Shown one piece after another: positions 47,901 to 56,265 of a stretch of DNA of 64,000 bases (positions are counted from its first letter, which is position 1; every line of letters begins with the position of its first letter). Under the pieces are notes generated by a model. It was given only the letters and a program-made list of their open reading frames with translations. It had not been told where the DNA came from and searched no databases. The position numbers and the translations under genes were made by a program. This DNA comes from a virus. Lineage: Duplodnaviria > Caudoviricetes. The DNA lies in the IMG/VR virus record IMGVR_UViG_3300032092_000009, positions 32,001 to 96,000 of that record; one strand, given 5' to 3'.

Positions 47901-50027
47901 TCTGTTTACACAGACATTACTAATACGCTAAAGATCAAGGCTAAGTATTATCCTGCATTTGGAGGAGATACGTTCATTAACAAGTTTGCACTTAAACGTA
48001 AGCACTCTTTCTTTACTCGTAACCTTGCTAATCTTCCTGCTAAAGTAGACAACGTTCCTTTTGATTACTGGTTGTATCCTAATCTAGGATACCCTACATA
48101 CTACATCGGAGAGTCTCCTGCTACTATTGATAATGCAGCTTACACAGCATTACTTGCGGGACTATCTGCAGCAATAGCAGCGGCTATAGCAGCATCAGCA
48201 ACTGGGGCTCCTTCTGGAGTTGCAATGAATTCTGCAATCTCAGGAGCACTAGCTACTGCTTATGCTCTGTTTGTTAAAAAGAATAACCTAGATGCAGATC
48301 CTCAATCATTCTTTTACCAGAAAGGGTTCTTCTATACAGCTTCTTATGGTATTCCTGTATTCTATGTAGAGTCTGATATTAACGTAGATCTACGTCATGG
48401 AAGAAATGACCTAGAAGAGAACTTCTATCCTAACGTAGGAGATGGTATTCCAGATGAGTGGTTGCATGAAGTTAACGTACCTATTAAGTTTGACAACTTC
48501 TATAGTTACAATGCTACTTACTCTGCACAAAATCTAAGTCCTAACCTTCCATATAGATTAAAGTATCCTTCACTAGAGTGTTTGTCTATCCATAACAACC
48601 GAGTAATCTACTCAGATCCTGCAAACTCTTCTAACTATCTTTCTGATGCTTGGCGAGTATTCCGTCCAGGAAACTTCTATGACTTTCCTAAGCAAGGTGG
48701 CCGCTTAATTGATTTGAATGCGGGAGAGAACGAAAGAGTGTATGCTAGATTTGAGAATACAACTAAAGTATACAACTCTCGTATCACCCTAAGTACTAAC
48801 TCTCCTTATCAGTTAGAGATTGGTAGTGCAGAGATGTTCAAACAAAAACCTGTAGATCTTGCTAAAACAGATCTAGGTTATATTGGAACTCAACACAAAG
48901 CTTACGTTAAGTGTGAGTATGGAACATTCTGGGTAGATGCTAAACGTGGTCACATCTATCAGATCACAGGAGACGGATTCAACGAGATTAAAACAGAAAG
49001 TAACTTTAACTGGTTTAAACAGAATCTTCCTTTCCAAATCCTAAAAGATATTTCAAATGCAGACATAGACAATCCACCGATTGGCTTAGGTATTGTTATG
49101 GGATGGGACGAAAGGTATGAGAGGGTATTTATTACTAAGTTAGACTACAGAGTTAAACCTGAGTTTAGAGCAGGCAATCCTTCAGTAGTTAAATACATTA
49201 CAGATACTTCGGATACTAATTATAGAAAATATGTACTAGAGGGTGGAAGTACTCAAGTAGAGATTACTTTTGGTGATCCTGCATTCTTTGAGAATAAGTC
49301 TTGGACAGTTGCTTACTCACCAAAACTTAAAAACTTTATTTCTTTCTACTCATTCCTTCCAAACTTCTTTGTTCCTATGTTGGGTAACTTCCAAACAGTT
49401 ATCAATACTTCTGCAGGAGCATCTACTTGGAACCATAATCTTTCTATCTTTACTTACCAGACTTACTACAACAAACTCTATCCTTACATCATAGAGTACA
49501 ATGTAAACTCTTTCCCTCAGGTATCTACAGTTAACTCTATTACTTTGATGCAGGACATCCAAGAATATTACTCTGACTACGAGTACTACTCTTTGTCTAC
49601 TGCAAATAAAAAGAACTTAGCAAACTTTACTAAGGCAATCATCTATAACAAAGAACAGTCCTCTGGTATTATTAAGTTGATTCCTGAAGAGTTCGGTAAC
49701 ACAAGACAGAAGATTACCTATCCTAGAATGACTACAACGGGCATAGAAGCGCTTATCTCTCGTAGAGAACACTTGTATACCTTTAACGGATTTTGGAACG
49801 TTGCAGCGCAAGGAAATGGACAACCACTTTGGTCTACTCAATGGAGTGACTTGATTACTCAGTATCCAATAGACAAGATACCAAACACTAAGAGTGTAAG
49901 ACCTGTATCTGTATCTTACCAGAAGTCTAAGATTAAATCAGACTTTGCTAAAGTAAGATTGATTCAAGATCAGTACTCTAGATTTAAGTTTATCAATACA
50001 ATCCAAATAACTCAAACCAACCCATAA
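44964..50027 (+). CDS. Tail stabilisation / muzzle protein, 1687 aa
   Basis: GLNLD..YALNA start, GG.LK.G.Y...AY, YQRDEVYPFGI, IRHHKFP, FGGDTFI, FWVDAKRG, WT.AYS...FISF.S.LP motifs of a beta-propeller tail protein. Confidence 0.8.
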   Translation: MQNKINQNTAGLNLDSVNYQIKENMITYALNANVQSHDGNSTTYTNEPSNQICYDFSLTYPGFKILNVLSITEQSKLIVFLAHPDGRSLIGELTNLNKDCTTLTETETDCGCISGTVVTNVVNSATGCCTFTPLIVDNCCDCTDCYRYSAQSINNTPYSITYVNCNGVEVTDTFPSGIGTFTARKNKYILPSDVEILDSNLESQGQCVPKTSDCCLKLSTDFPVYSEYRIDNCETKVYFIARNIQPRYFSLEEPLGRDQCGDALDCLTDACERLKLFPDFCQADIYPTAIDSGGRLKGGVYSFSVAYADENGKELTDYVDFSNPIAIFERAITEQTEYETSKSIRVSIDHSTTIFDYFNLVVAENINEVTTYQLVGTYRVNQSTYRDSLVYTGDYSSTFSSIVPLIRSPHYETAEIIEKQNDILMLADLVETPKYNFQLLANKIKLRWETVKMPVDNKFDYSNPEIAYFFRTYQRDEVYPFGIKFKLKNGKYTDVFHIPGREVFPNSDERSLIYHDSNPDAFGTVNDCIVTDREEKWKVYNTATTGITPPNNTPSLQEAQYSCKITVETGGEFAYWESTETYPCYEEVWGALAGQPIRHHKFPENAKSHIHADGDDFIYPIGVRLWSESLFASILDTETVYDPLNTYGNHQIPVKELICGYELVRGNRVNNKSVVAKGLVYDVGSFRDVKSGREFYYPNYPYNSLEDDAYIKSTPDWYNKADRGLEESNADFSSGLRLHKGFNVIGSRYTFHSPDTHFQYPKIGTELKLETVEYGKVQGKFVPVLDHPQYKFLTTADYAVTAVLADALSLAFESELTTTPTPGAATRWKADALAILTNNQIFIDLLEKLIPNTNFAYQFNSVGEYKRFLPITTIGNRRRFLDIGLYANDKIVELNDDKPLHNRLRETSVYLKTSGSFSTEYASIVDNSRYTIGQKNLQNNPEQIVESDTRAYYASVKRNFPNQYGQIENITYVSTGYSCSVYTDITNTLKIKAKYYPAFGGDTFINKFALKRKHSFFTRNLANLPAKVDNVPFDYWLYPNLGYPTYYIGESPATIDNAAYTALLAGLSAAIAAAIAASATGAPSGVAMNSAISGALATAYALFVKKNNLDADPQSFFYQKGFFYTASYGIPVFYVESDINVDLRHGRNDLEENFYPNVGDGIPDEWLHEVNVPIKFDNFYSYNATYSAQNLSPNLPYRLKYPSLECLSIHNNRVIYSDPANSSNYLSDAWRVFRPGNFYDFPKQGGRLIDLNAGENERVYARFENTTKVYNSRITLSTNSPYQLEIGSAEMFKQKPVDLAKTDLGYIGTQHKAYVKCEYGTFWVDAKRGHIYQITGDGFNEIKTESNFNWFKQNLPFQILKDISNADIDNPPIGLGIVMGWDERYERVFITKLDYRVKPEFRAGNPSVVKYITDTSDTNYRKYVLEGGSTQVEITFGDPAFFENKSWTVAYSPKLKNFISFYSFLPNFFVPMLGNFQTVINTSAGASTWNHNLSIFTYQTYYNKLYPYIIEYNVNSFPQVSTVNSITLMQDIQEYYSDYEYYSLSTANKKNLANFTKAIIYNKEQSSGIIKLIPEEFGNTRQKITYPRMTTTGIEALISRREHLYTFNGFWNVAAQGNGQPLWSTQWSDLITQYPIDKIPNTKSVRPVSVSYQKSKIKSDFAKVRLIQDQYSRFKFINTIQITQTNP

Positions 50028-50031
50028 TACC

Positions 50032-50412
50032 ATGAAAGAAAAAGAACTTTTCACTACAGTCAAACCCGAGATAGTAATTGGACAGTTGTTCCAGTCTCGT
50101 GACATCATCCACATTGCACACTTGCAGACAACTTCTTTTAGTGAGCACAAAGCACTAGACGGTTACTATACTGAGATTATTGGTTTAACTGATGATATCG
50201 TAGAGTCTTACTTCGGTACAATAGGTAAAAGACTTAACTTTAAGATTCCTGCATCTGAGTACATGAATGCAAGAACTCACTTGATCTATATGAAAGACTA
50301 TATGATGAAGCATCGTGGAGTATTTGGTATGGAGAATACCCACCTACAGAACTCAATTGATGAGGTAATTAGTTTGATCACTAGTACCTTATATCAACTT
50401 ACCTTAACTTAA
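50032..50412 (+). CDS. Ferritin/Dps-like four-helix protein, 126 aa
   Basis: HIAHLQT.SFSEHKAL..YY..I....D.IVE and LQN.IDE...LI..TLY.L..L pattern. Confidence 0.75.
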   Translation: MKEKELFTTVKPEIVIGQLFQSRDIIHIAHLQTTSFSEHKALDGYYTEIIGLTDDIVESYFGTIGKRLNFKIPASEYMNARTHLIYMKDYMMKHRGVFGMENTHLQNSIDEVISLITSTLYQLTLT

Positions 50413-50427
50413 ACTAAATAAAACTAT

Positions 50428-50670
50428 ATGAATCGCTTAAAGAAAGCTTACTCTTCTTGCATGGAGTGCGGAGGTAAGAAAATGAAATCAGGAGGCAACT
50501 GGATTAAGAAAGCTATTAAGAAGCCAGGTTCTTTTACAGCTCAAGCTAAAAAGGCTGGAATGTCTGTACCTGCTTTTCGTGACAAAGTATTGGCTAACAA
50601 GTCTGCCTACTCTTCTACTACAGTAAAGAGAGCTAACCTAGCTAAGACTCTTTCTAAAATGAAAAAGTAA
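50428..50670 (+). CDS. Small highly basic protein, 80 aa
   Basis: Lys-rich; NWIKKAIKKPGSFTAQAK module; MECGG and MKSGG motifs. Confidence 0.75.
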   Translation: MNRLKKAYSSCMECGGKKMKSGGNWIKKAIKKPGSFTAQAKKAGMSVPAFRDKVLANKSAYSSTTVKRANLAKTLSKMKK

Positions 50671-51323
50671 TGTTTGTACCAGGAGTAAATGGTTCTGTAA
50701 TTCCTAGTGTCTCTTCAGGCTCAAAGCTTAAGGGTGCATATAAGAATTCTAAAAAGCGTAAGATGCCTAATGGAGGTTTAACTTATACTCCATATAGTCC
50801 AGCTCAAAACAGGTACACTGATAGTCCTGTACAAAAACCTATTGTTAAACCTAGAGTCGGAGATACTATTAGTCCTAACTATGAACGTCTTTATACTGAC
50901 CTAGGGGTAGATCTTGGATCTTATATTCCAGGTCCTGTAGGAAGAGGATTTAATGCTGTATCGGTTATCAGGTCTGCTGATAACAATAGTTATAATCAAG
51001 GATTAGATCTTATGCCTGGTAAGAAAGCAAATACTATTAGTGTAGTAAATGATATTTATAATATATCCAATGCTAAGCCTTACAAGTATCAGGGTAGAAA
51101 ACTAAAGGATGGAGGAGAAGTAGAGACAGAAGATGAGGATGAGTCAGAGGACGAATCAGAGGACGATAAAGAGATGGTAGATGGAGTAGCAAGTATCTTA
51201 AGAGGAGTTAAGAGTAAAGCTAATAGGTTGCAGTTAGCAAATAAACTTGCTAAACAATTTAATAGAGAAAAAGTAAATTATGACTTAAAATCATTCTTAA
51301 AGAAATCAAATGTAAAGAAATGA
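50670..51323 (+). CDS. Modular hypothetical protein, 217 aa
   Basis: MPNGG and LKDGG motifs, acidic EDESED repeat, basic end. Confidence 0.7.
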   Translation: MFVPGVNGSVIPSVSSGSKLKGAYKNSKKRKMPNGGLTYTPYSPAQNRYTDSPVQKPIVKPRVGDTISPNYERLYTDLGVDLGSYIPGPVGRGFNAVSVIRSADNNSYNQGLDLMPGKKANTISVVNDIYNISNAKPYKYQGRKLKDGGEVETEDEDESEDESEDDKEMVDGVASILRGVKSKANRLQLANKLAKQFNREKVNYDLKSFLKKSNVKK

Positions 51324-51892
51324 AAAAGATGATAAAACGTAAAGATGGATCTTACTCACAAAGAGGATTGTGGGATAACATCCGTGCTAACAGAGGTTCT
51401 GGAAAGAAACCTACTCCAGAGATGCTTAAGCAAGAACGTAAGATTAAACGTAACATGGCTGAAGGTGGTAAGATGCCTACTAGTGTTGCTAAGGCAAGAT
51501 TCGTAGCAGCTAATAATGGAAATGTATCTGAGGCTAGACAAGATGCTTCTAAGTACGGATACAAGTTTATGGCTGGTGGTAGACTTAAAAAAGCTTACAT
51601 GGCTAAGGGTGGAACTATTGCTAAAACAACTAAAGGCCCAGGAGCTAACTATCGTCCTACTAAGCAAGGTGCTGGTATGACTAAGAAGGGAGTTATGGCT
51701 TATCGTAGAGCTAACCCAGGTTCTAAATTAAGTACTGCTGTTACAGGTAAGGTAAAGCCAGGTAGCAAAGCAGCTAATCGTAGAAAGTCCTACTGTGCTC
51801 GTTCATTAGGTCAGTTGCGTAGATCGAAACAATCTACACAGAATGATCCTAATAGCAGAATCAGACAAGCACGTAGGCGTTGGAAGTGCTAA
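51320..51892 (+). CDS. Highly basic modular protein, 190 aa
   Basis: GLWDNIRA module; MAEGG, MAGG and MAKGG motifs; C-terminal RRKSYCARS..DPNSR....RRRWKC domain. Confidence 0.8.
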   Translation: MKKMIKRKDGSYSQRGLWDNIRANRGSGKKPTPEMLKQERKIKRNMAEGGKMPTSVAKARFVAANNGNVSEARQDASKYGYKFMAGGRLKKAYMAKGGTIAKTTKGPGANYRPTKQGAGMTKKGVMAYRRANPGSKLSTAVTGKVKPGSKAANRRKSYCARSLGQLRRSKQSTQNDPNSRIRQARRRWKC

Positions 51893-51913
51893 ACTAAAAC
51901 TAAAACTAAATAT

Positions 51914-52072
51914 ATGGCAACTAAAGCATCTAAAACTAAATCAACCTCTTCAGCTTCTAAGTTCAAAGTTAAACCTAAGATCAGAAGAAAGGGAGTTGTA
52001 GCGAAGACTAAAGCTTCAAAGTTAAAGTCTAGCAAAAATTATCTTAAGAAAAGCAGAGGACAAGGGAGTTAA
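51914..52072 (+). CDS. Protamine/H1-like peptide, 52 aa (not in ORF track)
   Basis: MATKASKTKSTSSASKFKVKPKIRRKGVVAKTKASKLKSSKNYLKKSRGQGS; A-rich leader; no acidic residue. Confidence 0.7.
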   Translation: MATKASKTKSTSSASKFKVKPKIRRKGVVAKTKASKLKSSKNYLKKSRGQGS

Positions 52073-52091
52073 TTCTCCCTTGCTTTTTTTT
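52061..52091 (+). terminator. Intrinsic terminator
   Basis: CAAGGGAG-TTAATT-CTCCCTTG-C-T8. Confidence 0.85.
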
Positions 52092-52109
52092 ATTAATCTT
52101 GTATATTTG
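52080..52109 (+). promoter_or_regulatory. Bacteroidota-type promoter for cargo genes
   Basis: TTG 52080-52082, N19, TATATTTG 52102-52109. Confidence 0.7.
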
Positions 52110-52172
52110 TATAACTAGCTTATTCTCAAGCAGTTATTAACTTTCTATGTTAATAACATAAATCATTAAAAC

Positions 52173-54539
52173 ATGTTAAGAAGCAATCTTTTTAAGAGAT
52201 TTGGTACTAAAAAATTCCAAGATGCAGGAACAGTTACAAAACCTGAAGAAACAGGTTTGTCTATTCCTACTATAGAGGATATTAAAAAGAACTTTACTAT
52301 TAACAATCCTTTTGTTCTAGATAGTTATACTACCGAAGAACAACCTAAAGGCACTGTTAGTACTGGTACTAGTTCTTTTGCCCCTGGTACATTTAGTGAC
52401 TTAGTTAAGAGTCCTATGTTTACTAGTGGACTTTCTCCTTTAAATCCTTACGATGTTAATCCTAAGACACCTGAGGCAGAACAAGGACCAATGACTAAGG
52501 AACAAAGTGACTACTTTGTGTTAGACCAAACTACTCCTGAGACTCCTGCTACTAAAGAAGACAATACACCTGCTATGGTATCATTAGGTCTACTAGGATT
52601 TGATGCTTTGCTAGGCAAGAATGAAGATCTAAAGAATCAACAAAAATTAAACGAGTCAATACAACAAAGAAACTCTAAGCCTTTATACGATTATAATTAT
52701 ATGTATGGTCGTACAACTAGTGGAGGTACAGAGTATCAACCTATAATAAAAGCAGAAATGGGTGCAAAAATAAACAAGCGTTATGCTAGTGAAGGCATGA
52801 ACGATGTAGAGGTAGAAGGTGGAGAGTATATCCAACTTCCAAACCTAGAAACAGAAATGGCTTCAGGTCCTTCTCACAGTAATGGAGGTGTCCCTACAAA
52901 TCTTCCTGATCAAACTCGTGTATATTCTAATAATCTAAAGCCAGAAGGATCTAAGAAGACCTTTGCTCAGATTGCTAAAAACTACGATACAACTTCTTAT
53001 AAGAAAGTATTAGATAATACCTTTGCAAAACAAGTAGACAAAGACACAGCTACTATTATGATGCAGAGAAACCAAAAGATACTTGATCAATTATTTGCTG
53101 ATCAACAAGCTATGAATGGTAACTCTACAGGAGAAGTGGAAGCAAAGGGTGGAGCAAGTATTAATAACCCAGGATTTAAAGCTCTTCCAGGTTATGTACA
53201 AGCTAAGATTATGGCTAACATGGCTGATGGCGGGGAAACAGACCTTCCTAGAGTCAAAGCAATTGATCCTTTGAATCTGGATGCTAATTCAACGCTTAAT
53301 CAATTAGAGACTCAGCTTGCATTAGAAGCAGCAAACAAAGCTTCTAATATTGCTGCTCGTAGTAAGAATGCTTTATTTGATCCTACTAAGCCAGGTATGC
53401 CTGCTCACACAGTTCCTGAAGGTCAGTTCTTGACAGGTATTGATCCTTCTCTGAACCCTAGTTTGGAAACTGTTCCAGGAGTTCAACCTAGTTTGGGTAC
53501 AGGTGTGTATGGAGAAGAGTCTAATATAGATATCTTTAATAAAAACTATCGTTGGTACCTAGATGACCTACAAGCAAGTGGTGAAACATTTGATCCAAGT
53601 AGGGAAGGAGATGTACGCAGAGCACAGGTTGCTTATACAGAAGAAGCTTACAATAGATTTAAGAAACAAGGTCTAACTGAAGAAGAGGCAAGAAAGAAAG
53701 CGGATGAGATAGGATTTGTAGCAACTAAGTCTTTACAGAACTCTGTAGATGATATGCTTGGTAGATATACAGCTACTCGTATTCTTCCTGAGAACACTCC
53801 TCCTGCTCCCGTTACTCCAGGAGAGAAACCTCCAATGGATTTAATAGATGGATTTACTCCTCAACCTGAGAAAGCAAAATCTACCACTACACAAACTACT
53901 ACAGGAAGAACTTTTACAGGACCAGGTGCTCCTGCTAAAGGAAAATATATCCCAGGACAGTTTCCTTTGTATCAGGCTATTCCTGAAGCAATGGGACTTG
54001 CTCAATCACAACAAATCTATCCTTATGCTATTCCTGAGATAGATGCTCCCTATGTTCGTCCTCAGACTTTAAACATCCAAAGTCAATTACAGGATATAGA
54101 TAGTATGGCTACTGCAGCACAGAGAGCAGGAGGAGATCCTCTTACTACTTACATTGCAGGGTTGGATGCTAAGCAAAAAGCTTTCCAAGCTAAGCAAAAC
54201 TATGACGCAGAAGGTAGATCTAGGGCAGATATGGCGAACGCACAAATGAGAATGTCTGCTGATCAAATTAATGCACAGTACTTTGATCGTGTGTATAACA
54301 ACTTGGTAGGACAAGCAAGAGATGCTCAATCTGCAGAAAAGCAGGCAGCTGTTGCAAGTCTTACAAATAAAAAGGCTAAATTTACACAGGAAGAAACTAA
54401 GAAGTCTGCTTACATAAATGCTCTTATGGAGAACTACGATGTAGATTCTAAAGGAAACTTTACATTAAAGCCAGGTAAGAACCCTGTCTTAAATTCTAAT
54501 CCAGCAAAAACTGCCAAGAAGGGCATGTATAAAAAATAA
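52173..54539 (+). CDS. Virion cargo / ejection protein, 788 aa
   Basis: EVEGGE and GPSH.NGGV motifs, TFA..AK, Gln/Ala-rich helical C-terminus; follows the muzzle as in crAss-like phages. Confidence 0.7.
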   Translation: MLRSNLFKRFGTKKFQDAGTVTKPEETGLSIPTIEDIKKNFTINNPFVLDSYTTEEQPKGTVSTGTSSFAPGTFSDLVKSPMFTSGLSPLNPYDVNPKTPEAEQGPMTKEQSDYFVLDQTTPETPATKEDNTPAMVSLGLLGFDALLGKNEDLKNQQKLNESIQQRNSKPLYDYNYMYGRTTSGGTEYQPIIKAEMGAKINKRYASEGMNDVEVEGGEYIQLPNLETEMASGPSHSNGGVPTNLPDQTRVYSNNLKPEGSKKTFAQIAKNYDTTSYKKVLDNTFAKQVDKDTATIMMQRNQKILDQLFADQQAMNGNSTGEVEAKGGASINNPGFKALPGYVQAKIMANMADGGETDLPRVKAIDPLNLDANSTLNQLETQLALEAANKASNIAARSKNALFDPTKPGMPAHTVPEGQFLTGIDPSLNPSLETVPGVQPSLGTGVYGEESNIDIFNKNYRWYLDDLQASGETFDPSREGDVRRAQVAYTEEAYNRFKKQGLTEEEARKKADEIGFVATKSLQNSVDDMLGRYTATRILPENTPPAPVTPGEKPPMDLIDGFTPQPEKAKSTTTQTTTGRTFTGPGAPAKGKYIPGQFPLYQAIPEAMGLAQSQQIYPYAIPEIDAPYVRPQTLNIQSQLQDIDSMATAAQRAGGDPLTTYIAGLDAKQKAFQAKQNYDAEGRSRADMANAQMRMSADQINAQYFDRVYNNLVGQARDAQSAEKQAAVASLTNKKAKFTQEETKKSAYINALMENYDVDSKGNFTLKPGKNPVLNSNPAKTAKKGMYKK

Positions 54540-54544
54540 AACCT

Positions 54545-56251
54545 ATGCCAATTTCAGCACAACACACTAAGTTTGTTTACCCAGATTATGTATCTGCATT
54601 ACCTGCAGATGATCTGATTAATCTTGCTGTTAAGAAACAGGAGATGTACACTGAAGGACTTGCTAAAGTACAACAGAGTGTAGACGCTTACGGCCAACTA
54701 CGTAATAATATTAAGACAGATGTAGAACGTGAGTACTTTGACAAGACTATGGATAACCTAGTAAAGACTATCAATGATAATGCTGGACTAGACTTCTCTA
54801 TGAAAGGAAACGTACAAGCAGTATTGAACATCGGTAAGCCTATAGAGAAGGATGAGTACATTACTACAGCTATCTCTAATGGTAAAGAAATTACCCGTAG
54901 ACAAGAAACTTTATCTAAACTTAAGTCTGACGAGAGAAGTGCTGCTAACGATGCAGATTACTTTGAGGATGTTCAGGATTATATGAAGAGTGGTAAGCTC
55001 GGATATAAACTTGGTACAAAAGAATACACTCCCTACATTGACATCTCTAAAGAAATCAATGACAGAATGAAGAGTGCCAAAGAGAATGGTACTGTAGATA
55101 TTATCATGGATGGTAAATACATTCGTACAGAGTCTGTAAAAGGTCTTTCTGAGAATGAGGTTGCTTCTAAGATTTCAGCTATGTTAGGTGCAAAAGAAAA
55201 GAATCAACTTCGTATTGATGCTATGTATGACCTTAAGCAAAAAGGTATTCCACAAGCACATGCAGAAGTCGTAGGTTATTATTCTAATCTTAAAGCTTCT
55301 AGTGAAGCTACTCTGTTGGAGGGACAACGTCAATTGCAAGAAGCACAAGCTGCTTATGCTAAGGCTCCTACAGAAAGTGCTAGACAAGCTTTAGAGGCTG
55401 CTAGAGCTCCACTAGAGCAAGCAAGAGTTCAAGCTGAGGTTGCTAACAAAACTTTACAGAAAGTATCTGACATTAATAACTTTAATCCTAATCAATACGT
55501 AGGATTGTTTACTTCTAGCTTTATTGCTAACCAAGCTAATGCTTATGCTTATCGTCAGGTAGAACAAAAGATTCAAGCAGATCCTTATGGAGTACAGGCA
55601 GTAACTGCTGCAAACGCACGTAGTCTTGCCCAGCTAAACAGTTCTTTGCGTAGACAAGAGAATGCTGAGAAGATAAATCTAGCTGCAACTAAGTTACCTG
55701 CTGATGCTCGTGTTATCTCTGGTCAAGATAGATTTAATATTGATTTTCCTACTGCTCCTGCGTTAGATCAAATGTCAGAGAGATACCAGAAAGTAGGTAT
55801 TACTGTTGGAGGAAAAACTAATGCAAGTAACGTAGGTAGAGAAATTCAACAAGCTAAAAACCTTATGGAGAAGGCAGATATTAATACTCCAGAAGGAAGA
55901 AAGGCTTTGCAAGATGGTATTAATAAATTGAAAACATCTTATAACTTGACTGGTAAAAAGGATGAGTACTTAGATGGAGTAGTTAGAAAAGCAGACGCTA
56001 TCCTAAAAGCTTACAACAATTATCAAGATAAAATTAATGCTAAAGATAGTAAGTTCAAAGAAGGCGAGTTCCCTGAAGTAGACTTTGGTTCAGGAACAAT
56101 GCCAGCTGATGAATACTTTAGACAACCATTCTTTGAGTTGATGGAAAGTCCAAGAACCTTGATCTACTCTAGATCAGGAAGAACTACAAGTATGAATGAC
56201 TTCTTGTCTACTGTAGATTTAAGTCAAACTCAAACAACTGCTGAAGATTAA
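54545..56251 (+). CDS. Probable virion cargo protein, 568 aa
   Basis: YVS.LP..KQ..Y..G N-terminus, D(F)S, YTPY.D and ADPYG motifs; helical. Confidence 0.65.
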   Translation: MPISAQHTKFVYPDYVSALPADDLINLAVKKQEMYTEGLAKVQQSVDAYGQLRNNIKTDVEREYFDKTMDNLVKTINDNAGLDFSMKGNVQAVLNIGKPIEKDEYITTAISNGKEITRRQETLSKLKSDERSAANDADYFEDVQDYMKSGKLGYKLGTKEYTPYIDISKEINDRMKSAKENGTVDIIMDGKYIRTESVKGLSENEVASKISAMLGAKEKNQLRIDAMYDLKQKGIPQAHAEVVGYYSNLKASSEATLLEGQRQLQEAQAAYAKAPTESARQALEAARAPLEQARVQAEVANKTLQKVSDINNFNPNQYVGLFTSSFIANQANAYAYRQVEQKIQADPYGVQAVTAANARSLAQLNSSLRRQENAEKINLAATKLPADARVISGQDRFNIDFPTAPALDQMSERYQKVGITVGGKTNASNVGREIQQAKNLMEKADINTPEGRKALQDGINKLKTSYNLTGKKDEYLDGVVRKADAILKAYNNYQDKINAKDSKFKEGEFPEVDFGSGTMPADEYFRQPFFELMESPRTLIYSRSGRTTSMNDFLSTVDLSQTQTTAED

Positions 56252-56265
56252 AAACCAGACTAAGG

